A DNA stretch of 64,000 nucleotides, from NCBI GenBank assembly GCA_023205875.1, contig CP060754.1, forward strand, positions 1,736,001 through 1,800,000. The letters are read 5' to 3'. The translations under genes and the position numbers were made by a program. The notes below the pieces were generated by a model, which worked only from the letters and a program-made list of their open reading frames with translations, made no database searches and was not told the origin of the DNA. Source of the stretch: Chloropicon primus. Taxonomy: Eukaryota. Of the stretch, positions 44,431 through 56,200 are shown piece by piece. Position 1 is the first letter of the stretch. Each line of letters begins with the position of its first letter.

Positions 44431-45411
44431 ATGGCTCCGTCGCGGCCGCCCGTGATGGAGGAGAGGGAGGGCCAGCCGGAGCTTCTGTCGGTGAAGCCCA
44501 TCGAGAAGGAGCAGAGCAAGAACACGGAGCTCCTCGACCTGAGCGACGTCGTGCGCCTGCAGGGGGAAGGAGAAGGAGGGGAACGAAAGGAGGAGGAGGG
44601 GGTGAGGAAGAGGCAGGTGGAGGGCATGGACGCCTTCGTCTTGACGAACGTGCTGACGGCAGAGCAGTGCAGCGAGCTGAGGCGGAGGTCCGAGGCGGCG
44701 GGGTACACCTTCTGGAACGCCAGCGCCAAGAAGGACTTTAGGAGCGCCTTCACGGTCGAGGTGCACAGCGAAGAGCTCGCGGAGCACGTGTGGCAAAGGA
44801 TCAAGGACAGGGTGGTGAAGAGCGTGAGCATCACCAAGGAGGACGAGCGGCGGTACATGCGGGACGTCGAGGGGGAGTGGGTTGCTTATGGTGTGAACCC
44901 GTCGCTCGTTCTGGCGCGGTACAGGGATGGGGGACACTTCAGTCCACATACGGACGGTTACACCATCGTGGACTTCAACCGAAGGTCCCTCTACTCCCTG
45001 CTGCTGTACCTCAACGACTGTGACTCTGGCGGGGCCACGAGGCTGTTCCCGGTCGAAGCTTGTGGCCAGCAGTTCTCTCTGGACGAGGGCGGGCGGTTCA
45101 GGTGGGACGAAGACTCCGTGTGCCACTCTTGCCCCTGCGTGGAGGGGACGGCGCTGGCATTCTACCAGGACATCCCTCACGAGGGGGAGCCCGTGTACTC
45201 GGAGCAGAGCGAGAAGTACATCATAAGGACTGATATTATGTACAAGAGGAAGGACCCGATATGCGACAAGCCCAAGGACAGGGAAGCTTACAAGCTCTTC
45301 AGGGAAGCCGAGCTGCTGGAGGCCGACGGCGAGTGCCAGAAAGCGGCGCAGCTCTTCCGAAGGGCCTTCAAGATGAGCCCGGACCTCGCCGAGGTGATGG
45401 GGTTCGTCTAA
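44431..45411 (+). CDS. 2-oxoglutarate/Fe(II) dioxygenase (prolyl-4-hydroxylase-like)
   Basis: RY..GGHFSPHTDG (HxD), LLYLND..SGGATR, HEG, KYIIRTDIMY. Confidence 0.85.
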   Translation: MAPSRPPVMEEREGQPELLSVKPIEKEQSKNTELLDLSDVVRLQGEGEGGERKEEEGVRKRQVEGMDAFVLTNVLTAEQCSELRRRSEAAGYTFWNASAKKDFRSAFTVEVHSEELAEHVWQRIKDRVVKSVSITKEDERRYMRDVEGEWVAYGVNPSLVLARYRDGGHFSPHTDGYTIVDFNRRSLYSLLLYLNDCDSGGATRLFPVEACGQQFSLDEGGRFRWDEDSVCHSCPCVEGTALAFYQDIPHEGEPVYSEQSEKYIIRTDIMYKRKDPICDKPKDREAYKLFREAELLEADGECQKAAQLFRRAFKMSPDLAEVMGFV

Positions 45412-45637
45412 AGATAAAGCAGAGGCACGCGACGACGGCGGCGATGAGATGTACAGTAATACCGATGTACGACACGAAGGAGAGCAGAGCAAAGAACGTG
45501 TTGTTACAACAAAGCTTTATGTTTATTGGATTCTCCCCTTTTATTTTCGTTTTCGTTTGCCTCCTCCACCAAAAAGAATTATACCCAATCCCATTCTTCG
45601 TGCGCGCTGAGCGCAGAGAGCTTGCCTTGGACCGGAC

Positions 45638-47203
45638 TCACTTCTCCTTCTTCTCCGCGCTCTGATCCACTTCCGTCCAGTTGAAAATGAAACGCACCTC
45701 CCCCTTCATCAGAGCGACCAAGAAGGTCGAGCCCAAACAGGCTGGAACGAGGTAGAGGAGCGCTGGCTGGGCGTGCTGAAAGACGTTCATCACCACGAGC
45801 GTGGCCACGAGCCCAAGGATGTAAGACACGAAAACTGGCCCGAAGTAATTGCTCTTGTCGAACCCCCTCTTGTGATCCATTCGGAGCAAGAGCGCGATGT
45901 AGATCCCAGGTATCACGATGTCCCCGAGGCCAAGCATGCTGAACTGCGGCTTCATCGCGCCGTCTTCCAACGAAAGGCTTCGGATGAAAAGCAGCTTGAT
46001 CGGGGCGTCGAAGGATTTGGCCACAGTCACCATCACGGGAGTGAAGAAGACCCAAAAGATGTCATACAAAAAGAGGCCGCAGAGGAGGATAATGCCGACG
46101 TCGACACTGCCGAGGGAGAGCATCTCTATCCCTTGAACGCAGAAACTAATTCCGATGGCTAGACCAGGTGCCAGGAGTGCCGCAGGGGAGCAGAGGGAGA
46201 CCAGCTGCGTTAGACGCGTCGAAGAGCGGAGACCAAGCGGAAGAAATTCTCGGCTTACCGTTGTTGCTGACCCAGTGCTTGCTCATGTAGTACCAGTAGC
46301 ACAAGGCCGCGCTCCCGAGGCCACAAATCAGTTCGCTCCCAGTGATCTTCAAGGTGCTGAGGTCAAAGTCTCCGGCCTCGTCGGCTTCCAGAAGAAAGTC
46401 CTTGACGACCTTGGGCAACTTGTCCAGGAAACCAAGACTGATGTTGGCCCTCCTGATGAACCCGGGGACCCAGGGGTCCACGAAAGGCAGCACCGTCGCT
46501 GTGATTGCGAACGTGCCGAGCAGCACAAAGTAAAGGCTCAGGCAAACAGTGAGAAGCTCCTTTGGAAGGAGCTTGATCGCCGCGAAGAGTCCCAGGAGAA
46601 CAACAGAACCCATCAATGGAAACCTCATAGCATCTGCCTTGGACATGGCAACGGGCTTTTCTTCCTCGGTCACCGTGCTCGGCTTGACGGACCTGTTCGG
46701 TTTCAAGAGGAAGCGAAGGTTAGGAGCGCAACACCTTTGTCAGCCAACAGAAAACGGAATGCCAGGACGTCCGAGCGTGGACAAGCGACGAACGACGGCT
46801 TGTTTGTGTGTTCCTGAACCTGATCTGACACACCCACCCACCCACAGAGAGAGAGAGAGAGAGAGAGAGACTATGCTTTGCGGTTCACCGACCTCCAGGA
46901 CCCGGCGTAGACAGCCGCCGAGGCCGTGATAATGAGGATGACGCTCGTCCATATCGTCGCCAGGTTGGCCTTGCACGCATCGATGATGCACTGCGTGCTG
47001 ATCGTTCCCGCCCCAAAACAGTTGTCGTGGAAGGTGTACGGCTTCGTTTCCGACGGGAGTTTCTCGTAGTTTTGAAGCGCGTAAGGGACGAGAGTGACCG
47101 CAAGGAGGACGAGGTGGCTGCACACTGCGCGGCTCACGTAATTCGCCCTCTTCCCTTCCTCCCTCGCCACCTCCCTCGCCCTGGATGCCCTCGTCGTCAC
47201 CAT
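45638..47203 (-). CDS. SPP: Signal peptide peptidase; exons 47203-46893, 46692-46259, 46158-45638
   Basis: LYDIFWVF, LGLGDIVIPG, QPALLYLVP and C-terminal KKEK. Introns 46693-46892 and 46159-46258 restore GSWRSVKP and NNAIGISFCVQGIE. Confidence 0.92.
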
Positions 47204-47420
47204 CGCTCTTCTGTTTTTTTGAAACGGAAAACGTCCGCTGGAGGAGAGAATTGGAGGAGGGATGGAAGGCGGAGTGAACCATTGCAGGGGAGGAGTCATC
47301 GTGACTTGAGTGGAATAATAATACCCGGTATCCTATACCAGAATACATCTCCTCCAGTGGGACCTTGGCGAAACTCGAAGGGTTCTGTTCTGTTTTTGTT
47401 CTGTTTTTGTTTTATTTCAT

Positions 47421-48072
47421 TTATTCTCCGTTTGGAAAGTAACCCATCAGCCTTCCAGCCGAGTTCTGGTAAGCGTTGAAGAAGCCTGCAGTGCCTCCGA
47501 TGGTCCCGCAGGCCACGAGGGCTTGCTTCTTGATCCCAGCAGGAGCTGTCGCGTTCGATTGGAACGATTCGAAGAGCGAAAGGGGAGGGGAGGTCTCGTC
47601 AGTCCACCACCGCGCAGGCAAAGACGAAGACGCCCAAGCCGAACCAAGGCAAGCCGAGCACTTACCTGTGGAGTATCCGACGGCAATGGCCGCTCCCGTG
47701 AACAGCGAAGCCTTGAGCAGGTCCACCGCGCTAAAGTTCGAGACTGAACATTGCGATTGGAGAGCACACGACGAGGGAGGGGAAGGAGTTAGTCCAACGA
47801 AGAAAAGGCGCTCGCTTCGCTTTCGCCGACGGGGTTGGGAGGTTTGCGAGCTGAGTCGCAATCCTCCGAGGCACATGACCTCCCTTTGCATTCCTTTCAA
47901 ACCGTCTCCCAGACCACGGCGTGCTCGAAAAGGAGCCAGGAGCCGGAGCAGCACCCATTGCATTGGTAACTCCGGGCCGTCCGTGCGTTGCGTCCACCGA
48001 CTTACCCACTGTCTTGAGCGACGGGGAAGGGTCCAAGACCTTGTGCTTGGGTTCGTCAAGTATCACTCCCAT
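47421..48072 (-). CDS. Mitochondrial complex I 20.9-kDa (NUXM-like) subunit; exons 48072-48006, 47743-47666, 47545-47421
   Basis: Spliced product ...DPSPSLKTVVSNFSAVD...VGYSTAPAGIKK...AYQNSAGRLMGYFPN matches the plant/fungal family. Introns 47744-48005 and 47546-47665. Confidence 0.85.
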
Positions 48073-48523
48073 GACTCTCTTCTTCCGCTCCGCTTACACG
48101 CCTCGCCAACAAGTCTCTCCCTCTCCTGCGAAAAACCTAAGCTCTCTCTCTCTTCTCTCTCTCTCTCTCTCGATCCTGGTGGGGAAGGGATGGGGCCTTC
48201 ATCGGCGATGATTGGGACGTAGGGACGAGGGGGGAGGCGAGGGAGGGAGGCGTGGATGCAAGTGGCGTGTCTCGAGATCTCCGAAAAGCAGCCGCTTGGA
48301 AAGAGTGGCGTCCCCTGGTGAGGAGGAGGATCGGAGAGGCAGGCTGAAACAAACGCTTTGATCCTTATCAGTACAATACAATACAAACATTCAAACATTC
48401 AGTATAATACAATACAATGCAAATGCAAAAGAAAGCTTTGGGTCGCACGCATGGAGTGGGTGACTCCACCGATGGATCTCCGGCCCGAGGTCTTCTCACA
48501 CAACCAGCGCGCTTGGTGGTCTC

Positions 48524-49276
48524 CTACGACGTTGTTCCTGCGGTCGTCAGCCCCGTTGCCGAGTCGGTGGACACGTAGTCGTCCGGATTGATCAAGAACG
48601 GGGCCATGATCTGGACCCATTTCTTGTCCTCGTCCGTCTCCAGCGGGAGCCACCCAAGGATGTTCCGGATAGCTTCCACGTAACGCCTCTGGGGCGGCCC
48701 AGTGATGCACCCGGCTTCGAGGCACCCGGGCGGATCTGGGACTGGGACCTTGGCGCCAGAGTTCGGGGAAGCGATCGAGTAGGTGACCAGGATGGTGTTC
48801 TTTTCCGCATCTTTCTTGAGAAGGAAACGCATGTCCTCCCCCCAGCCCTTGGAGCTGGCGCTGACCCCCACGGCACCGTCCTGTCTTTCGAACGGAGCAG
48901 ACAACGTGGTTGATTCCCGGCCGCCAACCTCCTCGACCGCTCTCGAGAGGTCCTCCGCGGCTTCCCGAAGGCTCTTGCCGCCGGGGACGATCCAGGGGGA
49001 CGAGTACTGAGAGGGCTGGTTGAAGCTCGCCGTCGAAACGCACTTCGCTCCGGGCGTGCACTTGAATATCTTGTCAAAGCCCAAAACTCCTTCTCCACCT
49101 GCACCTGCAGGATGCAGAACCACCACGTGAGTCCCCGCCAACAATCCGAGCACGACTCCCCGCCGCGTCGAGATCCTACTGGTTCCCGCGAACCTCTCCC
49201 CCCTCTCCACCGCCCTCGTCCCCACCGCCCTCGTCCTCACCGCCCTCGTCCTCGCCCCCTCCAGCGCCATCGCCAT
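48524..49276 (-). CDS. Thylakoid lumen 17.9-kDa-like protein (DUF1499-related)
   Basis: Bipartite transit peptide with twin-Arg TRRGVVLGLL; C...CVST...SPW; GCITGPPQR. Confidence 0.65.
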   Translation of the reverse strand: MAMALEGARTRAVRTRAVGTRAVERGERFAGTSRISTRRGVVLGLLAGTHVVVLHPAGAGGEGVLGFDKIFKCTPGAKCVSTASFNQPSQYSSPWIVPGGKSLREAAEDLSRAVEEVGGRESTTLSAPFERQDGAVGVSASSKGWGEDMRFLLKKDAEKNTILVTYSIASPNSGAKVPVPDPPGCLEAGCITGPPQRRYVEAIRNILGWLPLETDEDKKWVQIMAPFLINPDDYVSTDSATGLTTAGTTS

Positions 49277-49419
49277 CGTTCCCCTCCAGCGTTAGTCAGT
49301 CAGTTGAGCAGCGCTGCGAGGGGAGCGGAAGACGGACGACGGAGCGGGCGAGGGGGTTGGTGTTGGTGGACGAAGCCTTCGTCGTATCGCGGCTCACGTG
49401 GCTGGTTCGGCTTCGTCCC

Positions 49420-49462
49420 TTGGATAGGATTGGATTGGATTGGATTGGATTGGATTGGATTG
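49420..49462. repeat. (TTGGA)n pentanucleotide repeat immediately upstream of the rsmI ATG
   Basis: About 8 copies with one substitution. Confidence 0.9.
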
Positions 49463-49472
49463 CGCCAAAAGG

Positions 49473-50742
49473 ATGGCGCTGGTTCGGCGAGTGTTTGGGC
49501 TCGGCCGGGTGGGGAAGGGGAAGTGCGCCAACGCAGGACGTGGTGCGGGAGGGGACTGGGGGTTCGTCGTCACCAGGAGGCTCGCGGAGAGCGTCTGGGG
49601 AAGGGCGCCACGTGCAGACTGCCAGCAGATGAGCAGAGCGAGGGACGCACCAAGGCAGTCGCACGCACTGGGCACGGCGGCCACACGGGTGGGACACGGG
49701 CGCAGGGGCGGCGAAGATCTCGCGGGTGGCCTGTACGTGGTCGCCACGCCGATCGGAAACCTCTCCGACATGTCCAACAGAGCCCTCGAAGTCTTGAAGG
49801 GCGCGGACGAGGTGTTTTGCGAGGACACTCGCAGAACCATCAAGCTGCTCTCGGCGTTTGGCGTGCGAGGGAAGCAGCTGTCGAGCTACCACGAGCACAA
49901 CAAGAAGAGCACCAAGCATCGCGTCGCGCTGGAGAGCCTCAGGCGGAATCCAATGAGGGTGGTGGCCTTGGTGTGCGACGCGGGCACGCCCTCCGTGAGC
50001 GACCCGGGGAGCGAGCTGGTGCAAGAGGCCAGGCGGCTCGGCATCAGAGTCCACTGCATGTAAGGCAGACGAAGACGACGGTCGAGGCCGAGAACGAGAC
50101 CTCCGCTTGCTGACAATGCTTCCGATTTGCCTCACTTTTCCTTCTGTGCACTGAAGACCTGGGCCTTGTGCCTTTGCGGCTGCGCTTTCCGCGTGCGGGA
50201 TCACTGCAGCGAGGAAGGACGGCCAAGGGTCTCACGCCGCTCAGCTGGACGTCCACTTTGTTGGTTTCCTTCCCGAGAAGCCCAAGCTGTTGAAGAGAAA
50301 GCTGGTTGCGATGAGCTCGATACCGGCGGTCCACGTGGCGTACGTCGCGCCTCACGACCTGGTGAGGCAGCTGCGAGCCATGAAAGAAGCTTTCTTGGGG
50401 ACCACCGAAATCGTCTTGGCGAGGGAGCTGACCAAGCTGTACGAGGAGTTCTGGAGCGGGAGCATCGAGGAGGCCATCCACGAGTTCACGGTCAACAGGG
50501 AGCCCAAGGGGGAGTTCACGATCCTCGTGCAGAACCAAGGGGGAGGCGCTGCTGATGCTGGCGACGCTCAGGGAGAGACTAGTAGTCCTCCGAGGTACTC
50601 CAAGGTGCTCGAGAGTCTGATGCGGGCGGGAATGTCCTCCTCGGAGGCCGCAAAGGCCCTCGTGGAAATCAGCCAACTCCCCCTGAAGAAGAAGGAGGTG
50701 TACAACGAGGCCCTCGCGATCAAGAAGCGAGGGCAGGTGTAA
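49473..50742 (+). CDS. rsmI: Organellar 16S rRNA (cytidine-2'-O)-methyltransferase RsmI; exons 49473-50059, 50157-50742
   Basis: LYVVATPIGNLSD, CEDTR, YHEHN, DAGTPSVSDPG, I|PGPCA across intron 50060-50156, LARELTKLYEEF, KGEFTI. Transit-like N-terminus. Confidence 0.9.
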
Positions 50743-50774
50743 GAATAACGTGTGTATGATGTGTACAGAACATG

Positions 50775-51200
50775 CTATGGAGAGGAGTCCCTGAAGGTGT
50801 GCAGCTTTTGGTGGAATCCGACGAGGGCCCCGGAGTCCGAGAACGCGTGACCTTCCTTTTCGAGAAGCTTGCGCTGAAGGCTCGTGAATGGACTTTTCTT
50901 TGTTCCCTTGCCGATCCTGTCCTTGGCCCTGTAGGAGATTTTCCCCTGCGAGTTCATGATTCGCCACCAGGCGACGTCGTCCCCCTTCTTCACCTTGCTC
51001 AGGGCGAAGCCGACGTGACGACTGTAGTTCGGACAACCCATCGCCCTCGCTATGGACCCATAAGACGCCACTTCCCCCTCCTCGACCTCCCTGGCTTTCT
51101 CCAGCACCGCCTTGTCGAAACGAGACTGCTTCGTCGTGGTCCCTCGGTCCTCCACCTTCACCTCCACCTTCACCTCCACCTTCACCTCCACCTTCCTCAT
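50775..51200 (-). CDS. Alkyltransferase-like (ATL/Atl1/YbaZ-type) O6-alkylguanine recognition protein
   Basis: GEVASYGSIA...RHVGFAL; AWWRI in place of the MGMT PCHR motif (Trp for the catalytic Cys); QRKLLEKEG. Confidence 0.85.
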   Translation of the reverse strand: MRKVEVKVEVKVEVKVEDRGTTTKQSRFDKAVLEKAREVEEGEVASYGSIARAMGCPNYSRHVGFALSKVKKGDDVAWWRIMNSQGKISYRAKDRIGKGTKKSPFTSLQRKLLEKEGHAFSDSGALVGFHQKLHTFRDSSP

Positions 51201-51487
51201 CCACTTCGTCGCTGCGTCGATTGGAGACTATAACAAGGGCAACGGGAGTGATGAGTGACGACCACCACGATGTCTCAACGCCGCCAGTGCACTCCCTTCC
51301 CTCCTCTCTCCCCCTCTCTCTTCCTCTCCTCTTCGTCGCAGTTCCGTTTCCTTTCGATAAAGCGCGGGAGACAGAGAGAAGGAGAGAGAGGGGGGTAACG
51401 GGCGAAGGTCTTTGTCTTTGTGGTTTTGATTGAGTCCGCTCGTTGGAAGGAAGGGACGGCCTGGTGAGGGCTCGACGGAGGGACGGG

Positions 51488-52264
51488 ATGCCTACTTGGG
51501 GGAACTCCCAGGGGATGAACATGGGGACTTGGAGCAAGGAGGAGGAGAGGAAGTTGAACGAAGCTCTGAAGATGTATGGGGGGACGGTGGATGGCAAGGA
51601 AGAAACCGAGTGGGAACTCATCTCGGAACACGTCAAGACGAGGACGGTCCAACAGGTCTACACCAAGATAACAACCGCGCTCAAGAGATACGGCGACGAG
51701 TGTGCGTACCAAAAGGTGGGGCCAGGATCTTTTTGCCTGAAGCCCGGCTGGACACGTGAGGACTCCGAGGACTCCGAGAAGAGGTCGAGCATCGTCGCGT
51801 CCATGGACGCCTCGGCCAAGGTGAAGGCGGAAGGCTGCAGCGAGGATGCCGGGCCGAAACCTCTCGGGGGTGCGAAGGAGGAAAAGCAATCGACTCGGAC
51901 GACGAGGAGTAGGACTCGGGAGCTGGTGACGGAGAACGACGAGAAGCTGGTGACGGAGGACGGCGAGGAGTTGATGACGGATGAGGAGTTCCGAGAGCTG
52001 AAGGCCGAGGTGGAGGTCGACGTCTGCGCCACGCTTTCGAACGTGAGAGCGGCAGCAGATGCAGGTCTGGTGACGGAAGAGGAGTACGAGACCGCGAAGA
52101 AGGAGGCGATCGCCTTGAAGATGGTGTCCGCGAAGAGAAAGATCGAGATCGACGAGTACGCGTACGCTCTGAAGGTGACGTTCGACATGGCCCATCACAT
52201 CTTGAGCGACAGGGACAAAAGGGGCATCAAGAGGGGTTACCTCGAGCTGGTCGGACTCCTGTGA
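51488..52264 (+). CDS. Myb/SANT-domain protein
   Basis: GTWSKEEERKLNEALKMYG...WELISEHVKTRTVQQV. Confidence 0.75.
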   Translation: MPTWGNSQGMNMGTWSKEEERKLNEALKMYGGTVDGKEETEWELISEHVKTRTVQQVYTKITTALKRYGDECAYQKVGPGSFCLKPGWTREDSEDSEKRSSIVASMDASAKVKAEGCSEDAGPKPLGGAKEEKQSTRTTRSRTRELVTENDEKLVTEDGEELMTDEEFRELKAEVEVDVCATLSNVRAAADAGLVTEEEYETAKKEAIALKMVSAKRKIEIDEYAYALKVTFDMAHHILSDRDKRGIKRGYLELVGLL

Positions 52265-52483
52265 AGCCATCCATCGAACCGTTCCCAGGGAAAGGGGCAG
52301 AGGAGTGAACGGAAGGAAGGGGTCTATTCAGTCACTTTCTATCCATGTATTGTCATCATTCGTTTTCAGTTGTGTTTGCGTCGGAATCGCATCTCCCTCT
52401 CCTCCTTGATCCTCCCTCCTCTCTCTCTCTCTCCTCTCCCTGGTTTGGTTTGGCTTCGCGGGCAAAATCAGAAGATCGACGCT

Positions 52484-54397
52484 ATGGCGTCTCCCTTCGG
52501 CCGCAGCATCTGGGAGGCTCTGGACTGGAGGGAGGCGAGCGCGAGGAAGGAGGGGAGGAGGTCAATCTTCGCGGCCGCCTTGGGCGAGAACGAGGCCCGG
52601 TATGGAGGAGCGTGGGACGACGAGCGGGACGACGGCTTCAGGAGGGGGACCACCAACACCATGGGGTATGGTCTGGTGGCACCGAATGTGAAGAGGGGAT
52701 ACGAACTGGCCTTCGCCACGCCGTCGCCGTATCGCTCCTCCCCGTACTCCACGCCCTGGGGCAACACGCCACGGTCGCCGTCTGCGTCCTACATTCCCCT
52801 CAGGAAGTTCCCTCGACTGGACGGCAACGCGTACGCCTCGCCCGCAGTTGTGGGATCCTTGTCTCCCTTCGGGTCGAGTCCGAGCCCGAGTCCTTCCTTT
52901 GGCGCGAGGTACGGGCGGCCGAGGTACGAGGCAGGATTGAGTCCTGGCCCGCGCCGGTCCAGCGTGAGCTTCCTTGCGAGCCCAAAGGAGGAGGCAGAGA
53001 GGACCGACCAACTGCTCGAGGACCTCGATCGGTCGAAGAAGGAGGCGGAGGTCTTGTACAACAAGGCGATCAGGGCGGCCCAGGTGGCCATAGAGGCGAG
53101 CAGTAGCAGGTTTCAAGCAGGATCCGGCTCGATCTCTGCGATGCAGAGGGACCAGGACCACATTGCGACATACCGGCAAAAGAGGTCGCTCATCAAGCCC
53201 GAGCAGCTCTCCGTGGACGTGAAGAGCTTGGCCTCTTACAGGAAGCTCATCGAGACGATGAACTCCATCGACAGCACCCCGCTTGGCAAGAATGCAGCGG
53301 GGGCGGCCAAGGAGAGGGACTGGAGGCCGCCGGTTCAGATCGCGCCCCCCTCGGGGTCCGGGAGTGCAGCGGCAACCGGGGCAACCGGGGCAACCGGGTT
53401 TGGCGAGTCCAGCAGTAGCGGTGGGAAGAAGGAGAACCTAGGAGACGGCGCGTTCATGCAGGCTTGCAACCGGAACATCCAAAAGGCCATGAGCAAGAGG
53501 TCCTTGGAGGATGCGGAGGAGGAGGCCAAGAAGCTCCAAGAGATGCAGAAACTGCAGACCAAGCTCGACACCCTCGACTTGATGTGGCAGCAGGGCAGCA
53601 CCGAGGAAATCAACGTGATGATGAGTGAGCTCGAGGCAGAGGAGAAGGAAGCGAGGAAAGTTTCTGTCTCCAAGAAGCCTTTGAGCGAGGACCTCGAGGC
53701 CTTGTACAACAAGATCATGAATTCGGAAGAGGAGGAGGACAGCGTGATCAGCAAGCACAGCAAAGGCAATTACATGTTCAAGATTGAGGACGCGCTGAGC
53801 TTGGGGCCCGGGCAGTGGCTGACGGACGAGAACATGAATTTTTACATGGCTCTGCTGAATGACAGAGCTCGAAGGAGGATCGAGGAAGAGGCGGGGCCCA
53901 AGTGCTACTTCACCAACACTTTCTTTCTGGAAAAGCTTTACAGGGGCAAGGGTTCTTACGAGTACAAGGGCGTCAGAACCTGGACCAGGAAGAAGAAGAT
54001 TGGGGTTGATGTCACCCAGTGCGATAAGGTGATCGTCCCTGTGCACCAGAGGGTCCACTGGTGCTGCGCCGTGGTCGACATCGCCAGGGAGGAGCTCGTG
54101 TACTACGACAGCATGCACGGGAAGGACACCCAAGTGCTGGAGAACCTCGCAAAGTGGATCAAGGACGAGATGAAAGATAAAGCGGGCAAGGACATCGACA
54201 CCAGCTCGTGGGAGAGGAGGTACCCGAGGAACATACCCGGGCAGGACAACGGGTACGACTGCGGTGTCTTTGCGGCCAAGTTTGCCGAGTGCAGTGGCTT
54301 GGATGCTGACTTGGACTTTTCGCAAACGGACATGCCCCTGTTCAGGAAGCAGATGGTGGTCCAGCTGGCAAAGGTGGATTTGGAAGTCGTTTCGTAG
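52484..54397 (+). CDS. ULP1/SENP-family SUMO protease (peptidase C48)
   Basis: WLTDENMNFYM, FTNTFF, PVHQRVHW, YYDS, QDNGYDCGVF (His-Asp-Cys triad). Confidence 0.92.
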   Translation: MASPFGRSIWEALDWREASARKEGRRSIFAAALGENEARYGGAWDDERDDGFRRGTTNTMGYGLVAPNVKRGYELAFATPSPYRSSPYSTPWGNTPRSPSASYIPLRKFPRLDGNAYASPAVVGSLSPFGSSPSPSPSFGARYGRPRYEAGLSPGPRRSSVSFLASPKEEAERTDQLLEDLDRSKKEAEVLYNKAIRAAQVAIEASSSRFQAGSGSISAMQRDQDHIATYRQKRSLIKPEQLSVDVKSLASYRKLIETMNSIDSTPLGKNAAGAAKERDWRPPVQIAPPSGSGSAAATGATGATGFGESSSSGGKKENLGDGAFMQACNRNIQKAMSKRSLEDAEEEAKKLQEMQKLQTKLDTLDLMWQQGSTEEINVMMSELEAEEKEARKVSVSKKPLSEDLEALYNKIMNSEEEEDSVISKHSKGNYMFKIEDALSLGPGQWLTDENMNFYMALLNDRARRRIEEEAGPKCYFTNTFFLEKLYRGKGSYEYKGVRTWTRKKKIGVDVTQCDKVIVPVHQRVHWCCAVVDIAREELVYYDSMHGKDTQVLENLAKWIKDEMKDKAGKDIDTSSWERRYPRNIPGQDNGYDCGVFAAKFAECSGLDADLDFSQTDMPLFRKQMVVQLAKVDLEVVS

Positions 54398-54484
54398 GGA
54401 AGTGTAAGAAAAGTTTGTAATACAGCATACCTTATATAGTAGTAGACCTCTGCCTGCCCACGTCGTTTGTGCTCTTCTTCTTCT

Positions 54485-56081
54485 TCAGAACACGGCTCCG
54501 CTCTTCCCTTTGTTCTCAAACTTCGAGAGCACCGGTCTGGGGACAGACGGGAGCAAACCACTCGATCCATCGGACTGCTGTGCTTCCTCCTCTTTGCGCC
54601 TCGACTCTTGCTGCATAGCGCGGCGGATTCTGGACCTCATGATCCCCAAGGACGGGTGGCTCGGCTGCACCTGAGAGAGGTTTTGCACCGCTCCCATGGC
54701 TTTCTCGTAATCTTCTCCCTGCTCGTACAGCTTAGCCAGGGTGAGGAGCACCTCTTGCTCCTGAGTCTTCACACGCATCGAGCGGCACTCCTCGGCGTCC
54801 TTGCACGCCTTCTTCACATCGCCGAGCTGAGAGTAGCACGTCGACCTCTGAAGCAGCAAGTGCGACTTCTTCTCAAAGTTGGCATTGTCGATAACGCTCA
54901 GTGCGTACCCGCAGCATCGAAGGGCCTTGCCGTAATCGCCCAACTCGAGGAGCTCGCACAACTTGAAATCCAACTCCTCGGTGGTGCAGTCCATCAGCTC
55001 TGCACGGATCTCGTGGTCCAACCCCTCCTCTTCTTCCTGGCACTTGGTCCTCTCTTCCTGCACGCCGGCCTTCACCTTCTCGAGGTCCGCGAACAGGAGG
55101 CCATCTCCAGGCTTCTTGTTCTTCCTCTGCTGCCTTATCGCCTTCCTCAGGACCGCCAAATCGGGCGGAGATTGCGAGGCCACAACGCCACCCCCCGCCG
55201 TCGCAGCGATGGCTCTCGTTCGAGACTCCGCGGCGGTCTCCCGGAGGTCCGTCCATTCCACCGCCTCGTCCTCCTTTTGCAAGCTGACCACCAAGAGTCC
55301 CTTCCTCCTGTCGCCCTGGTTCCTGGTCCTGCACGTTGATCGCTCCGGCACGATGGGCTTGAAGAGGCGGGGGACCTTCAAGACTCGCGAGGCCTCCTCC
55401 CCTTCGCCCACCACCGTCACGCAGAACCCCTCCGAAGTGAAAGCCTCGCTGACGGTGACGTGGCCCTGTCCGGAGCCATCGGACTCTCCGTACAAACCCG
55501 CTTCGACCACCACCCGAGCCCCGGCGTCCCACCACCTGTACCTTTCCACGACCAGGCTTCTCGGCTCGCTCGCCAGCTTCTCTCCTGCGTCCTCGCCCCT
55601 CGAGACCAGCTTCGGGGGGTGGTACGTGCGCTGGTACCGCTTGAGCTTTTCCGTTTCGTACCCCCTGTCCTTCCTCGTCAGGGAGCCCTGGACCAAGTCG
55701 ATGGCGCCCTGCACAGCCCAAGCGAGGAGAAGAACAGCGTCGCGTCAGTTCGTCTGGGAGGGGACAGAAGATATGCACTCTACTCACCTGCGTCATGTGA
55801 TTCCCGACGAAGTTCGACGTCAGCCCCGCCTGCGGCTTCTCGTACCCGGCGTCAGGCTCCACCTTGGTCCCGTCGGGCCTCTCCTCGAGCGCGTCGTACC
55901 CCACACGAGCCGCCGGCCCCGTCGAGACCCTGTACCTCCCCCCATGGGGTTCCTTGGTCCACACGTTCCTGTGGTGGTGGTCCTCCTTGTCCCTCCTCTT
56001 GCTCTCCCTCTCCTCCCTCCGCGCCAACCACCTCCCGTCCGCGTGCTCCGCCAACGCAACCACCTCCCTCGAAGAACCCAT
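54485..56081 (-). CDS. CS-domain plus TPR co-chaperone-like protein; exons 56081-55788, 55708-54485
   Basis: Intron 55709-55787 (GTGAGT...ACTGAC...TGCAG), phase 0. CS-like RYRWWD...RLFKPIVPERS...VSLQK...W. TPR helices GDYGKAL, RSTCYSQLG, EDYEKAM. Confidence 0.7.
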
Positions 56082-56200
56082 CCCTCCGTCGTCCCTCCGT
56101 CGTCCCTCCGCCCCTCGTCCTCGTCCTTGGCCGCCGAGCGTTACTTGAGACTGAGCGAGCGTTTTTTATTTTTTTTCTGGTTTCCCGCCATCATCGCGCC

